From Chiloscyllium plagiosum (lineage: Eukaryota): a DNA stretch of 64,000 bases. Below, one piece after another: positions 37,735 to 51,331 of the stretch. Made by a program: the position numbers and the translations under genes. Location of the stretch: positions 48,344,175 through 48,408,174 of the forward strand of contig NC_057726.1 in NCBI RefSeq assembly GCF_004010195.1. The letters are read 5' to 3'. The number at the start of each line of letters is the position of its first letter. Position 1 is the first letter of the stretch. Under the pieces are notes generated by a model. It worked only from the letters and a program-made list of their open reading frames with translations, was not told the origin of the DNA and searched no databases.

Positions 37735-37895
37735 AGAAAGAGACAATGGGTGGTGGTTTAACAAGAGGATCACACCTCAGGCAAGGGCAAGGTCAAAAAG
37801 GTGCAACCTTCATGCTCACCTCACCTGGGGTAGGAATTGAACCTATGCTGTTGTCATCACTCTACACTACAAGCCAGTCATCCAGGCACTGTGCT
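37735..37895 (-). mobile_element. tRNA-derived SINE (third family)
   Basis: B box ggaattgaacc (reverse complement GGTTCAATTCC). Homologous to 46835-47000. Confidence 0.65.
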
Positions 37896-38039
37896 CTGGA
37901 GACCCTCTAAACTTTACAGAGGTGGACATTATCAAAGTTATAAATGCAGGCTCCTTTAAGGCTCAAGCCGAGCTTCAGAATTGATTGAGACTGGGTATGG
38001 TCCAGTCAGGGAGTCATGGAAGGGGTCATATTTCCTGAC

Positions 38040-38900
38040 TTACCTTATGCCAGACATTGGATAAATGTTGCCAGAAAATGACAAAGTAAAAATCTTTACT
38101 ATATTGAATTTGAAGGACGGCAGCAGTCATGTGAATTTGGATGAAACAGTAGTTCTCTCACAGCAGTCAGGATGTCATTTAGAGGAGAGAGCTGACTGTG
38201 CATGCTGTCTGGCATTTCCACTGATCCAGAAGTATATCAATGTAGACAACATGAGATACTCCATGATCTCCTCAGAATGGAAATTGTGAGGAGAATCTTG
38301 TGGCACTGCTGGACAGGGCCTGCCAGATGAATCTGAAACAAGAAAGTATCCAATTGAAGATACCTGAAGTTTTGTAAGTAGATCATGTCCTGACAAAGAA
38401 AGGACTTTGCCTGGATCCAAACAAGGTGACAGCTGTAGAGACTTGCAGCACCAACAGGTCTGAAACAGTGCAACAATTTGTTGTATTCATCAACTACCTT
38501 GCAAAGTTCTTTCTTAATTAATTATCAAGATGTTAAACTTTGCACAAGCTCATTGCTGAAGACATACAATAATAGTCTTGAGACCCAACATGAATCAAGC
38601 AACTGGGAATAAGACCAGTGCTGAAGTACTACAACATAATCAATGGAATCATCTTGTTGAGTAATACAAGCAGGACAGGAGCAAGTGGCAAAAACAAAGT
38701 GACTCAACAGAAATCTGAATTTCACTTTAATAATACTAACAAACTATTGGCGGAGCTGTGCATTGGTGAGCCAGTCAGAGTCCAAACATTCAATGTCTAA
38801 ATCAAAAGTCAGTCCATGTAACAATTTGGGACTTCTGTAAAGCTGTTGTCACCTTGATCATGAAAGTGAACAACTATCTACGTCATTATAACCATTGGCA
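38040..38900 (+). mobile_element. Internally deleted Ty3/Gypsy pol fossil
   Basis: MLPENDKVKIFTILNLKDG...VNLDE (RT DLKDGYW-like), GLCLDPNKVTAV, VQQFVVFINYLAKFF, PVLKYYN, and QQKSEFHFNN..KLLAELCIGEPVRVQ (integrase C-terminus). Confidence 0.8.
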
Positions 38901-39807
38901 CATATACAGAAATAAAGAAGCTTCGCACAAAGCTGATGATGTTGAGATGTCACCAACATTTACAGAATACACAACAAGCATTAACCCACATGAATAATGC
39001 ACATGAATAATAACTTTTTGACCACTTATAGTAAGGAAGTTGTAACTGCAAATGGTAATGCATGTAATTTTTTTGTGTGTAAAGAGGGATATTTGGAGAA
39101 ATGCATTTGTACGTTGCATATTCTGACTTGACTTAGTAATGTAACCTTTGTATGAGATACTGCCAGTTTAAGTAGTAGCCACCAAACCCATTTTGGATTA
39201 CAGGAATCATAAATTGAACACTGAAAGAAAAATAGGTGAGTACTTTTCTTAATATTTAATTGCATTTACAAAGTTTTCTAGGGAGGGTTGCTCAACATCC
39301 ATGCTCATTAACCATAGTTTGGAGCTTCTTTGATAAATATGCACCCAAGTGTCATCTGCAGCACTGATTGACCAATTAGATTATAGATCAAAGGACTGTT
39401 GATTCAAAATTTTCACGTGCCTCTCATCACATTTGAACAGTTGACGTTTAAAATCTACCAATTAAATCTGTAGTTACTTCTTTGGGTTAACAATCTTGTT
39501 TCACTAAGTGATGGTTAGCTCTACATTTAGAATTGCTTAAAAATGGCCACTGTCTAGAGAAGAGTTTCATAAGCATGAGAAGTACAAGGTAATGCTTTGT
39601 TGTTCATATTGCAAGTGTCTTTTTGTTTGCATTAATACAGAATGTTAGCATGCATTTGCAAAATACGAGCAGCCTTGGTTTTCTTCAAAACTTGTCAATA
39701 GGAATTCTAGGCTGAATAAGTCCGCTTGTATCAAATTCACCAGTTTGCACTGTTCCTGACTACATGGGAATTATCCCAACTTTGGGCATAAGTATAAAAA
39801 GGGCTTT

Positions 39808-39920
39808 TATGGCGCAGTAGTAGTGTTCCTACCTCTGGCCCAAGAGACCCAGATTCAGGTCCCTCCCTGCTCCAGTCGAGTGTAATAATATCTCCAAGCA
39901 GGGTAATTAGAGAAATAGGT
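39808..39920 (+). mobile_element. Short tRNA-derived SINE head
   Basis: tggcgcagtagtagtgttcctacctctgg..gacccagattcaggtccc (A-box and B-box-like). Confidence 0.55.
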
Positions 39921-40483
39921 TAAATAAACAAAAGGTGATGTCAATAGAAATCTGTTGAGGTATGCAATAAGCAGCTGACCTGATTGTCCTTTCGTAGAAA
40001 ACAGACACTAATTCAAAATTACCTGTTTGGATCAAAGAAGCAAGAAGTTCATTTTCTCTACAGTCTATTGTGTTGTGTTACTGAGGAGGCATATGTTTTT
40101 TAGACCACTAAGGTTACAGTAATGAGCAGCTTTCTTTGAGGAAGTTAGAAAAAGTTTGAGAATTGATACTCCTCCTGATCCTACAAAATCAACCTGCACA
40201 AACCTTTCTGGCCCTACCATAGGAGCACTTACTTGGGAAAGTTGTAGAGCCATTGGATTTTCACCCACCTCCAATCAGCAATCTGCTAAAAATGTTGTCA
40301 GCAGTTTGTCAATGGGATGACTATTAGGGCTTGACCAGTAAGATTGCCTCCAGTGGGCATGAGTGAGGGTACATTCTACTGCAACTGCCTTGTTGGAAGC
40401 AATCACATAAAAATTGTTGTAGCATTTTGACTGAAGAGAGGTTACAAACCATACTGTGCAGAGGTGAGTTGATAGGAGTGTCG

Positions 40484-40678
40484 TAGAAAGTGAGGACTGC
40501 AGATGCTGGAAATCAGAGTGGAGAGTGTGGTGCTGGAAAACACAACAGATCAGGCAGCATCTGAGGAGCAGAACAATCAACATTTCGGGCATAATTATGC
40601 CCAAAACATTGATTTTCCTGTTCCTCAGATGCTGCCTAACCGGCTGTGCTTTTCCAGCACCACACTCTCGACTCTGAT
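40484..40678. mobile_element. Fold-back Penelope-like insertion (family A)
   Basis: Arms of about 85 bp, atcagagtggagagtgtggtgctggaaaa.. / ..ttttccagcaccacactctcgactctgat. The axis is at gggcata|attatgccc (about 40594), inside hammerhead stem II. Confidence 0.85.
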
Positions 40679-41759
40679 AACAGAGTTCAGCTTGTCCAAC
40701 AGAGCACAAGTAAAATAATGGAAAATATTAAATAAACTATGTAATAGTGACTGACAGTGCAGTTATACAGTTCCAAACGATATGAAAGAGTGTGGCCCAT
40801 ATTATCACTTGCTCTAGGGCTTATTTTTCATAATTTACTGTTTCCTAATGAGTATCTTTGCCAAAAGAGGCTATGACTCAAGTAATGATAAATGCTCGAT
40901 TAATCTTAAAACAATTTAGTGTTCATTTTTAAAATTGCACTATTTTTCTATTGTCACTTTAGCTGAATAGCTTATCATTGTTAAGTCATTTATGCATTAC
41001 AACAACTATTCTAACTGCACTTCATGAAAATTTATCTTTAAGTGTAATAAACCTGTTATTAACTCTCAGATATTAGCAAATCTTCTCAACCTATTCATAG
41101 GATTTTTAACAGAATAATTAATATTGTACATAAATACCAAACATTTAAATACGGGGCAATTTAATCCACATTTTGTAGTTAAATGTACACCATGTAGAAT
41201 TCTTAAATGTACTATATTTCAGATAAAGGAAGGCATAATGATAGCATCTTCCATTGAGTTTGTGAAACAATGAAGAATGAAGACAGTTACACCAGTGAGG
41301 AGTCTAAGCTTTCAACTCAGAGACTAATTTGATTTATTTTAAAGTGTGATATTAACAAAAGCCTAAACGCATTTATTTATGGGAATACTTTCTCAAAGTA
41401 GATGTGTCTTTGGAAAGAATTGCCAAGCTTTCATAGTTCAGCATCATGCTTATTTTAGCAATTCCAGAGTGTACTATGTATGTCTGCTATCTCCATTCGC
41501 TTCTAAAGCTCCCCATGACTATACACTATTCCTTAAATTTTAGTTCCTTTTCTGGATATGGAACTACATGTCATTGTGAATAGGTTTTTATTTACTTTAT
41601 TTGGAATGGATTGCATCACTTTGTCATAAAACAAGGAGTTTTTATCAAGGTCCAAGCTGCTCATGGAAATATCACAGAAATGTAATGTTTCATTGCTTTT
41701 TTTCTTTGACTTTTCAAAGTTGTCATTTGAGAATTTTTTTTAATATGATAATAAAAACT

Positions 41760-42200
41760 GAACGGAACTTGCACCAGATAAATATTTTTGTTAAATAATA
41801 ACTAACACAAAAGCGACCTAATAATAAGCAATGCAAAAGGGAGTGAATATTTTCACCCAGCCCGCTTTATGTATTTAGTTTCGCCAGGGGAACTGCCCAA
41901 CTGCTAAACTCATTACACTATGTGAATATTTTTGCATCTCTTTAACCCATGGTGAACTTCAGTGAAGTGCCTGTACACAGCTGCTATGTGCTTACAATTA
42001 ATAATATGTAAGTTGATTGACAGAATGCAAGTGTCACTTCCTATTTAGTGAGTAAGCTATTCAGTATATTTGATGAACCTATCAGGAATATTCACTTAAT
42101 AGATTCACAGCAAAATATTTATATTTCTTTTGTCAGCAAATATTTGAAGCATGTCACAATGTACAAAATGTCATCTAGTTGTTAAATTAGAGAAGCTAGT
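41760..42200. promoter_or_regulatory. Candidate enhancer with an exact PBX-MEIS/PREP decamer
   Basis: TGATTGACAG at 42014-42023 in repeat-free sequence, with TGTCA about 10 bp downstream. Confidence 0.35.
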
Positions 42201-42309
42201 TTTTCTTAAATTATATTGTTAAATTATTAGATATAGACATTGATCATACAGCCCCAAAAATGCTCACTAAAATTTCAGTAACGCCTAGATCCAACAACAA
42301 TTGCAATAA

Positions 42310-43560
42310 TAAGATAAGAAATAAGAGTAGCAATAACCATCAGCATTCCAAGACTGCTCTTCCATTCAAATAAATCCTGACTGATTTATGCTCCAACTTT
42401 ATTTATCCTCACTTGCTCCATTCCCTCATAATTTTCACCAAATTAAAAACTGACTCTTTCAGCCCAGTTCCACAAGCCCTTGGAGAAGGGACTTACCCTA
42501 ATCTTTGTGTGAAAAAGTACTTTTTAAATAATGTAGATAATTGGAGCAAAAGTAAACCATTCTGCCTTTGACCCTGTTCTGCCCTATTCATTCAGACCAT
42601 GGCTGATCTTTCATCTCCATGTCATGTTCCAGCAGTATCCTCACAATCTTTAATATCTATCAACTTCTGACATGAATATACTTATTGACTGAGCTTTTGC
42701 AACCCTCTGGAGTAGGGAATTCCATGCATTCTGAGCAAAGAAAGTCTCCCTCATTTTAGTCCTAAATGGCATACCACTTATCCTACCTGTATGTTTGCCT
42801 TTATTGCCATTGGACTGAAGTACAAAAGTAAGGCAGCCTTGCTACAATTGTAGGAAGCGTTGGGGAAACCACACCAAGTATATGGTGCACCATTTTGTTC
42901 TCAGTATCTCAGGAAGGACATGGATGTCTTTTAGGTATTGCAGCAAAAGTTCACATGATTGTTTTTGATAATGAGTAATTGAGTAGGTCTATAATTCAAG
43001 AGAATGTGATATAACATCATTTGAAATTTATGAAATTCTGAGAAAGCTTAACAGTGTAAATATTGAGAAGTTGTTTCCTGGCCGGAGAATGTAGAACTAG
43101 GTGAAGTAGTCTGAGGGAAAGGTTCAATGAGATGATGAGGAATTTGGTCACTCACAAATTTGTGAGTCTTTAGAATTGCCTACTCCAGAGAGCTATGGAT
43201 GTTCAATCATTGAGTCGTTTAATGGCTGATAGCAATAGATTTTTGGATTCTAAGAGCATAAAGGAAATATAGTGTGAAGTTTAATAGAGATGGAACCCAT
43301 CAGGAAGAAGAAGAAGATGAAGGCCTAAGACTAGATGGCTAGAGGTGATGGGGAGAGACTGATGCAACAGGATTGGAAGAGAAATAGGTGACTAGCAGGA
43401 GAAAGGGGAATCAATCAAAATTGTGGCAATACCAAATCAAATTGAAAATATAAAAATAAGCAAATCAAGGGTTTGATGGCCAGAGAAGTAAAAAACAAAA
43501 TCACATCATATATCAGTCAAGATCTAATTGAATGGTGGAATGTATCTTAGGGCCCTTGTA
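42310..43560. mobile_element. Cluster of old CR1 fragments (minus about 42310-42790, plus about 42790-43560)
   Basis: CR1 3' UTRs in reverse orientation, then plus-strand gaagtacaaaagtaagg..ccacaccaagtatatggtgcaccattttg..agaattgcctactccagagagc. Confidence 0.7.
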
Positions 43561-44519
43561 GCTTACTCCCTGTCCTATTTCTAACTTTCTTAATATTGTA
43601 ACTATTGCTGTTAAGTTTCTTGCAGATAGGTTGTTTAGCGGTTTTCTTTTTCATTTCAGGACGCATGGCCAAGAGGACATGGTGATGGTCCATGTTAGAG
43701 GAAAGAAAAAGTGGGGAGTTGTGGAGCAACGGTTATGTGAGGATGTTTTCAAGGGGCTTGCAGTCTGATGAGCTGCTCATGGAAAGCCTTTCCAGGACAT
43801 TGATGTTCTAGATGCTATTACCTCTCTTATCCCTCTTCTTTCCAGGCATATGTTGCAGGCCTGGTGGCAAGGGTACCGAGCCAAGTTACTTAGTAAGCAA
43901 CAGATTTTACACATTTGTGGACAAACTATGGTGAGTATTGCGAGTTCTCCCTGACTGGATTAGGCAAGCAAGCTGTTGTTTGAGAACACCACTAATTTAT
44001 TCAATGGTATTCCTGGTCATAACATAGCTCTCACTTGTCTGAGTACAGCCTATATATAGTTGGATGATGAAGGTGAATCATGTGCTATGTAATCTACTAC
44101 AGCATGTTCAAGCTCATAACCATCTTTTCAAAAGCAACTAGAGATGGGCAATAAATGCTGGCCCAGCCAGCAAAGCCCAAGAATCATCAACAGGTCCCCA
44201 AGCAGCCTCCATATAGTTTAAAATAGTGTCTAGAATATAGAGGGAGTAATGAGGTATAAATGCATTGGGGCTGCTATCAATATGACTGCTTATCATTAAT
44301 ATGACGGCTCATGTACAATCGCACATCAACAACATCTTAATAGAGTGCAATCATTTTCAGATCTGCTATACCTTCCTGTTGAGCTAGAAGATATACATGC
44401 TTTGATAACTTTCTACTCCTTCGGAAGCCCACTACTTTGGCAAAGCCACATACCAACTCTTCCTGACACCAAATTCTCTCTCCTCAGACAGGGCTTCAGC
44501 AACCTCCCTGATGTAGGAC

Positions 44520-45250
44520 AGCACAGACAATGGGAGATGTTGACAAAAGGGGATCTAACATTGCTGAGATACTAAATGAACAATTTCCATCTGACTTTAT
44601 TAAGGCACCAAAGACCAAGTGATAAAGGAAGGAGTTAAGTTACAGGATTAGGCCAAAAATTGTGAAAAAGGAGGTATTGGAAAGGCTAGCTGTGCTTAAA
44701 GTTGAAAAGTAATCAGGGCCAGATAAATAAAAGATAAGGAAGACTTGCATTTTTATAAGACTTTTCACTCAAAGCTCTTTACCATCAACAAGTTACTTTC
44801 GAAGTGTAGTCACTGTTGTAATGTGAGAAATGTGGCAGCTAATTTGCACACAGCAAAAGAAAATAAATAGATTTTTTTTGTGTGGTATCAATTACCGGAT
44901 CAATATTGGCTAGGACACCAAGAATAATTCCCCTACTCTTCTCCAAAATTATATAATCGGATTTCTACATTCACCAAAGCAGCTGGATGGATGCTTAGTT
45001 TAACCTCACGTCAGAAAGATGGCACCTCAATTAGTGCCAGTCTTGACCTTTATACCACCCATTGGAATAAGACCATGAGACTCAGGTCAGAGTGCTACCA
45101 GCTGAGCCACAGTTGATATGTTCAAGGATACTGAGTGAACCTAAGGGAGGAAATTGTGGAGATACAGGCAGTGTCAATATCTTCCAATTATTTTTCAATG
45201 TAGAGTTCAGGCCAGAGGACTGGAACAGTATAAATGTTACGCCCTGATTC
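44520..45250 (+). mobile_element. CR1 ORF2 (pre-RT) fragment split by a Deu-SINE
   Basis: AEILNEQFPSDF, EVLERLAVLKVEK*SGPD, then after the SINE RILSE..EEIVE and PEDWNSINVTP.FK. Confidence 0.75.
44738..45118 (-). mobile_element. Deu-domain SINE, near full length
   Basis: gacttgcatttttata...gaagtgtagtcactgttgtaatgt..gcagctaatttgcacacagca...aatattggctaggacacc...gagtgctaccagctgagcca. Confidence 0.8.
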
Positions 45251-45291
45251 AAATCTCTAGTTTGGGTGGTGCAGACTTAAAGATTCCCATA

Positions 45292-45601
45292 AGATTAGAT
45301 TACTTACAGTGTGGAAACAGGCCCTTCGGCCCAACAAGTCCACACCGACCCGCCGAAGCGTAACCCACCCATACCCCTACATTTACCCCTTTACCTAACA
45401 CTACGGGCAATTTAGCATGGCCAATTCACCTGACTTGCACATCTTTGGAGTGTGGGAGGAAACCGGAGCACCCGCAGGAAACCCACGCAGACACGGGGAG
45501 AATGTGCAAACTCCACACAGTCAGTCGCCTGAGGCGGGAATCGAACCCGGGTCTCTGGCGCTGCGAGGCAGCAGTGCTAACCACTGTGCCACCGTGCCGC
45601 C
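45292..45601 (-). mobile_element. HE1 / V-SINE, full length, very young
   Basis: CpG-rich, with intact A box (tggcacagtggttagc) and B box (ggttcgattccc) and tail gtaagtaatctaatct. Confidence 0.95.
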
Positions 45602-45917
45602 CTAAATGGAAATCTTGCAATTTTTCATGGAGATATTGAGGGTGCTTGAAGCATTGATAACATGTTGGTAAACATTTGCCCTGACAAAGCTTGGAGTAGA
45701 GAATATGTCTTTGAAGTCTTGTGCTAGGCATGCAGATGACATGGTCAGCCCAATGCAGCCGATTGGTTGGAACTAGTGACGCAGTACTGAGAAAGCACAC
45801 TGAAGTCAGAGCAATTATAATCCCAATGGATTGGCAGAATTTTGTGGACGCCAAGATCATGATATTTCTTGAAAAATTTGAAGTGCCTGCTCTGCGCTGT
45901 CCATGTCTCTGAAGCAG

Positions 45918-46048
45918 TCGGGAGTGTGGTGCCAGAAAATCACAGCAGGTCAGGCAGCATTCCTCAGATGCTGCCTGACCTGCTGTGCTTTTCTAGCACC
46001 ACACTCCCGACTCTAATGTCCAGCATCTGCAGTCCTCCCTTTCGCCTC
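45918..46048. mobile_element. Fold-back Penelope-like insertion (family A) with 14-bp TSD
   Basis: TSD tgtctctgaagcag at 45904-45917 and 46049-46062. Arms gtcgggagtgtggtgc.. / ..gcaccacactcccgac. Confidence 0.88.
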
Positions 46049-46834
46049 TGTCTCTGAAGCAGACAAGAGGATAGGTAGCACCACTGCATTGTTGACCATG
46101 AGCTTGAGGCCAGGCTTGAGGTCTTCTGTTCTCAAACAAACAGTCTGTTCATCCGAGATTGCACTGGCATGCTGGAAGTAATGTCGATCTTATTGTTTAT
46201 CTCTGTCCTGTCAGAATGGAAAGCCCCCCCAAGGTATGAAAACCACATTCTCCATTATTTCATATTTGCTCTTGATGTCAGGAGGGGCTGTGGCAGCATT
46301 ACACTGCATTCCAAATGTTTTACCCAAAGCAGGTTCTTTCACGTGCCTCTGTGAATACATTGGTGATGGTTTGGAGTTTGGCCTCCTAGTGTTGTGTACC
46401 TGCAATCATTGTCTGCATGCTGCAGCTCAACAACAAAAGTTGGGGTGATCATGGTCCTGCAGACAGCACAGGTTGACCAGTTTCCCATTCTCATTGTAAA
46501 GGAGCTGCATTCTGACAGGAAGTTTCACGGATATAGGGTGGTGTGTCATGGTAAGAAAGATGGAGAAGGGCGATGACACAATCTTGAATAACTCTGATTT
46601 TCACACACATTGGGTGTGTGGTGGATCAGTAGCAGGCAGAAAATGATGTGCTGCATATCTGTGAACAGACAATTTTAGGGAGGGATGCTCCATAGTCTCT
46701 CCCATTTGACACAGTCAAAGAGGTTTGTGAGGTCAAAGAAGATCACATACAAAGGTTATTGTTGCTCACTCTGCTTTTCCTGGACATGTCTTGCTGTGAA
46801 AATTATTTCCGCATTCTTACTGATGGACATAGTC

Positions 46835-47000
46835 ACAGAAGGTTGTAGACTGCTCTCTCATTAAAGAGTTTAGTCTGTGGATCACCAAGCCTCAGAGCCA
46901 AAACTTTCATGGTGACCTCAGTAGGTACAAAAATTGAACCCATTTTGCTATCCTTGCATTGCAAATCCACCATCGATGCCAACTGAGCTAAGCAGGCCCC
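46835..47000 (-). mobile_element. tRNA-derived SINE (third family)
   Basis: aattgaaccc B box (reverse) and gccaactgagctaagcaggcccc head. Homologous to 37735-37895. Confidence 0.65.
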
Positions 47001-47159
47001 CAGATTCACCAATAGGAGCTTTTCAATCACTAGGTGGAGGCAATTGAGAAGTATTGCAATGACCTTTTGTGTGATGGACAGCAGGGAGACCCCTCTCTAG
47101 TTACCACAATCAACCTTATCTCCTTTCTCAAGGTGTCCAGCTCTTGAGCTGAGTAGCTT

Positions 47160-47420
47160 GCTAGGCCATTCCTGACAGCAGTAAATATAGTTCTCTAGCA
47201 TTGTGGCCAGACCAAATAAGGATGCAGAGTTCTTTCATTAAATGGCATTTGTGAACCAGGTGGGTTTGTACACCGAACAATGGTGACTTCAAGGTCATAA
47301 TTACTGAGACTATCTTTATACTCTCAATTTTATTGACTGAATTTAAATTTGCATTGTGGAACTTGAACCCATGTGCCGATGACATTGCCCTGGATTCTGA
47401 GGTCAGAGACACTACACCAC
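47160..47420 (-). mobile_element. tRNA-derived shark SINE (second family)
   Basis: ggccagaccaaataaggatgcag..gtgaaccag..tgactgaatttaaatt..acttgaaccc..ctggattctg. Confidence 0.7.
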
Positions 47421-49737
47421 CATCTCCTTCCATTCTGTAACTGTCTTTGTTTCAAAATGTTTATTTGAAATTGGCACCGATATTTATTTTTACCCGAGAA
47501 AAGAATTTTTCTTATTGCAGCCAATATATACGAATAAATCTACATGAAACAAATGTATGAGGAAACATTATCTTGCTTTGACTGTCATTAACGTGTTTAG
47601 GAATTCTTCTAATATACTTCATGCTATATAACATGGATAAATGCATAGAACTAGAGCAAGGTTACAGCAATGACTATAGAGTTTTGTGCACGGGCAAACA
47701 GGATTTATATATTACACAAGGAGTTGTTGGGAGTCAGATTTCAGAAAACCATTAATGAAAATCTCCTTTTTAACTACTTGGCATTACTGACCAGCTCAGT
47801 CTACTTTACACAGACATGAATAGTAAACATAAATGCTCAGCTCATATCAGAATATTTGCATATTGAACACAGCAGTTTCAGCTGAAAGTACACGTAGAGG
47901 ACCCAAATATTAAACCAAAGTGATTAAAAGATGCTCCTGTGAATTTGAATGTTCTACTAAAATTGACCTTCTTTCATTGATCAGAGATGATGACCAACAA
48001 GCACTTAACTCATTTGTATTTCATTCTTCTATCTGTATATTCATGAAGACATTAACCATATTAAATAATAACTTCCATTAAAATGATAAGATAAACATAA
48101 AAAAATTCCCTTCTCCTAACATCATGAGTGGCAAATTCTTCTTATTCAATGCTTAAAATTTACTCTGCAGATATAACGAATGAATAGAAATGCATATGAT
48201 CACCAACTGTAACATGGACTTGAGAATGTGCTTTGTCTGAGGAAGATCTCAGTGTAGCTTCACTCAGTTGATATATCTCAATTGCTATGATTGGTAGAAA
48301 AGCCACATCATTTATAATGACTGTGCTGTTGGAAATGTATCTTGGATACAGCAGGTTATATTTTTAGACATTTATGAGATCGGGAACAATATATAAGCAT
48401 CAGTTCATAATGGTCACAGCCTCAGCAACGCTGTACTCTCTAAAGGTCACTTTACTCAAGCTGAACAGTTAATAATTACTGTCTGTCTCAGCTGACAGTA
48501 GAAGATCACTGTGAATGTTGTATGAAGTCATAAATTATCTGATTTATGTTCTATTTTCCAAAAAGAAATTATGATTGCAGCTTGACACTTGCCTGAGGGA
48601 AAATATTGGAGTCAGGTTGAGGCAATTTTCACTTTTAATTTTTTACAGTTAGCAGAATAGAAGTCAAAAGGATATTCTGAGGGAATATTGGGGAAAATTC
48701 TGCAAGTGTGCAAAATAAATGAGTTATTTGACCAGCATTTTACAAGAAAAATATCTGACTACTACAGTAAGTTTGTGTGTAAAACACAAACTGACAGCTG
48801 AAAATATTTAATTATCCCTGACAACATATATATTATTAGCTTTTTAATGAATGCAAGGTGAAGAGAAACCAGTTATTGGTGTAGTACCTTTGGTCAGGGC
48901 CTGAGGGAAAGCTCACACAGCAGGGGTAACATGATTGGCTGGCTGCCAATGTTAACTGTACTTATTACACTCATCCCATGCAGAACACATCCATCTCATG
49001 CTCTGAGCTGACATCCCATTTATTCTTAGATCCATTTGTCATGACTGCAATCACCAAAATGAATAGAAACTTTGTGGCATGATAGATTACAGTTCTAATT
49101 AGGAACAAAGACAAGAAGCGTACACAAGTTGAGCAGTTTTTTTTTTATATACAGCTAACAATGGTGCTCAGCTATGTTCTTCAGAACCATTCTCTCTGAT
49201 TCACCAGCAAGGTCTAACTTCACATACACCCAGCACGTAGGCCAAGAAGTTTCATGCTGGTGAGAATTTTTGGAAAGCCAACAGCAAATGTTGAAGGCCT
49301 ACCTGAAGGCAGGTTCAGTAAAAACTACAACATTGAGTAAAGCATTCCATCAACTAGCTTTTCTCTTATGCAATCAAAACTTCAAAAATAATACTCCTCA
49401 AGTAGGGATCATCAGACCAGTTTTCATTTTTTTTATTATTAATAGTTTTCTGCAATTACGGGATACATATTGAATTGAAGATGCAAAGTCACACAAATAA
49501 TGTAAAGTAGGATCTTCAAATGACAGCCTCCCTTCCACTAATTTTGTGGAACCTTGTTATTTGGAGAGTGCAAATAAGGTGCTTTCCAACTGATGAAACA
49601 TTCTGCATCACAGAAGAAGAAGGGATTGGAAGGTATGTCTAGAAAGGGGAGAATGGAGAGCCAATCCAAAGTTAATTGCTGCTTCACAGAAAACCAAAAG
49701 CAGTTACTTACAGAAGACTTACACTAAGCTGTCATTT

Positions 49738-51325
49738 TTTTTTATTCAAGCAGCTGATGTGGGCTTTGATGGCTGGGTCAGAATTATTGCCGTTAGGAAG
49801 GTAGTGCTGAACTGCCTCTTGACCGGCTGTAGTCCATTTTGTGTAGGTAAGTCAACAATGCAATTAGGAAAAAGTTCCAAGGTTTTGACCCAGTAACCAT
49901 GAGGGTACAGTGACACATCAGGTCAGGATGGTAAGTGAATTGGAGGGGAGCCTGCAAGTGGTGGAGTTTCCATGTATCTGCTGGATGGCAGATTTTGTGG
50001 GTTCAAAAAGTGTTGTTTAAGGAGCTTGTGTGAATTTCAGCACTGCACTTTGTAGATGGTACACAGTGCTGCTACTGTACATTGCTGGTGGAGGGAATGA
50101 ATGGTTCTTGATATGGAGCCAATCGACTGGGCTGTTTTGTTTTGGGTGGTGTCAAACGTCTTGACTGTTGTAGGAACTACACTCATTCAAGCAAGTAGGG
50201 AGTATTCCATTACACCCCTGACTTTGCCTTGTAGATACTCAACAGCCTTTGGGGAGTCAGGAGGTGAGTTACTCACTGCAGGATTCCCAGCCCCAGATCT
50301 ACACTATATAGTAGTTATATGGTGAATCCAGTTCAGTCTCTGGTCAACAGTAGGCTTATGATATTGATAGCAAAGGGTTTTAAGGGAGGTAAAATCATTT
50401 AATGTCAAGGGATATTACTTATATTCTCTCTTGTTGGAGATGGTCATTTCCTGGTACACATGTGACATGAATGTTACTTGCCACTTGTCTGACCAAGGCT
50501 GGACATTGTTCAGGTCTTATTGCATTTGGACATGGGTTGCTTCAATATCTGAGGAGTTGCAAATGGTGCTGAACATTGTGCAATCATTGGCAAATTTCCC
50601 CACCTCTGACCTTATGATGGACAGAAGGTCATTGGTGAAGCAGCTGAAGATGGTTGGGCCTAACACATTACCCTGAAGAACTCTTGCAGACATGTACCAG
50701 AACTGAGATAATTGATCTCTAAAAACCACACAATCTTCATATGACTCAAAACCACAGAGACTTTCCCCTGATTCTCACTGACTCTAATTTTGTGAGAGCT
50801 CCTTGATGCCGTACTCATTCAAATGTGACCCTGATGTCATGGTCGGTTTCTGCCAGTCATTCATTCTTACCTAACCTTTGAGATTCAGCACTTCTGTCCG
50901 TGTCTGAACCAAGGCTACGTTGGGTCAGCATTAGTGGAACCCAAATTGAGCAGTTCCTGCTAATCTATTTAATTGCAATTTTGCTAACCATTTCTATCAC
51001 AAATGATTGCCAGGCTAAATAGGTCCTGCTTTTTGTGGACTGAACATTTTTCACATTTTCAGTTAAATGCTAGAGTTGCAGTTGAACTGGAATAGCTTGG
51101 TTATGGGCACATTCTGGAGAACAAGTCTTCAGTACTATTTCCAGAATATTGCCAGGGCTCTCAGTCTTTATAGTATCCAGTGTCTTCAGCTGTTTCTTGA
51201 TATCACCTGGAGTTATGCAACTTGGCTGAAGACTGGCATTTGGAACGCTCAGTAATTCTGGAGGAGGCCGAGATGGATCACGTACTGGCCACTCTTGCAT
51301 TAATGTGCTGGACATGCCCACCACC
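49738..51325 (-). mobile_element. CR1/L2-group LINE (second family), ORF2 3' part
   Basis: ORF 50517..50729 VLQGNVLGPTIFSCFTNDL.SIIRSEVGKFANDCT (PQGSVLGP / FADD). ORF 51070..51327 ITPGDIKKQLKTLDT.K..SPGNI..IVLKTCSPE. Confidence 0.88.
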
Positions 51326-51331
51326 ATTCAC

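Larger units (their letters stand above)
45255..47135 (-). mobile_element. RTE-clade LINE ORF (RT and C-terminus) with three nested insertions
   Basis: KGDKVDCGN.RGVSLLSIT, IFTARHVQEKQSEQQ.PLYVIFFDLT.LFD, and RLHWADHVICMPSTRLQRHILYSKLCQGK (LRWAGHVIRM motif). Confidence 0.85.

Noticed and set aside
45520..45601. tRNA gene-like A/B boxes here and at 5888, 22449 and 57180
   Set aside because: These are SINE heads that continue into the V-domain. No complete cloverleaf is present.
45426..45860. 144-aa ORF as a host gene
   Set aside because: Chimera of an RTE C-terminus and an HE1 SINE.
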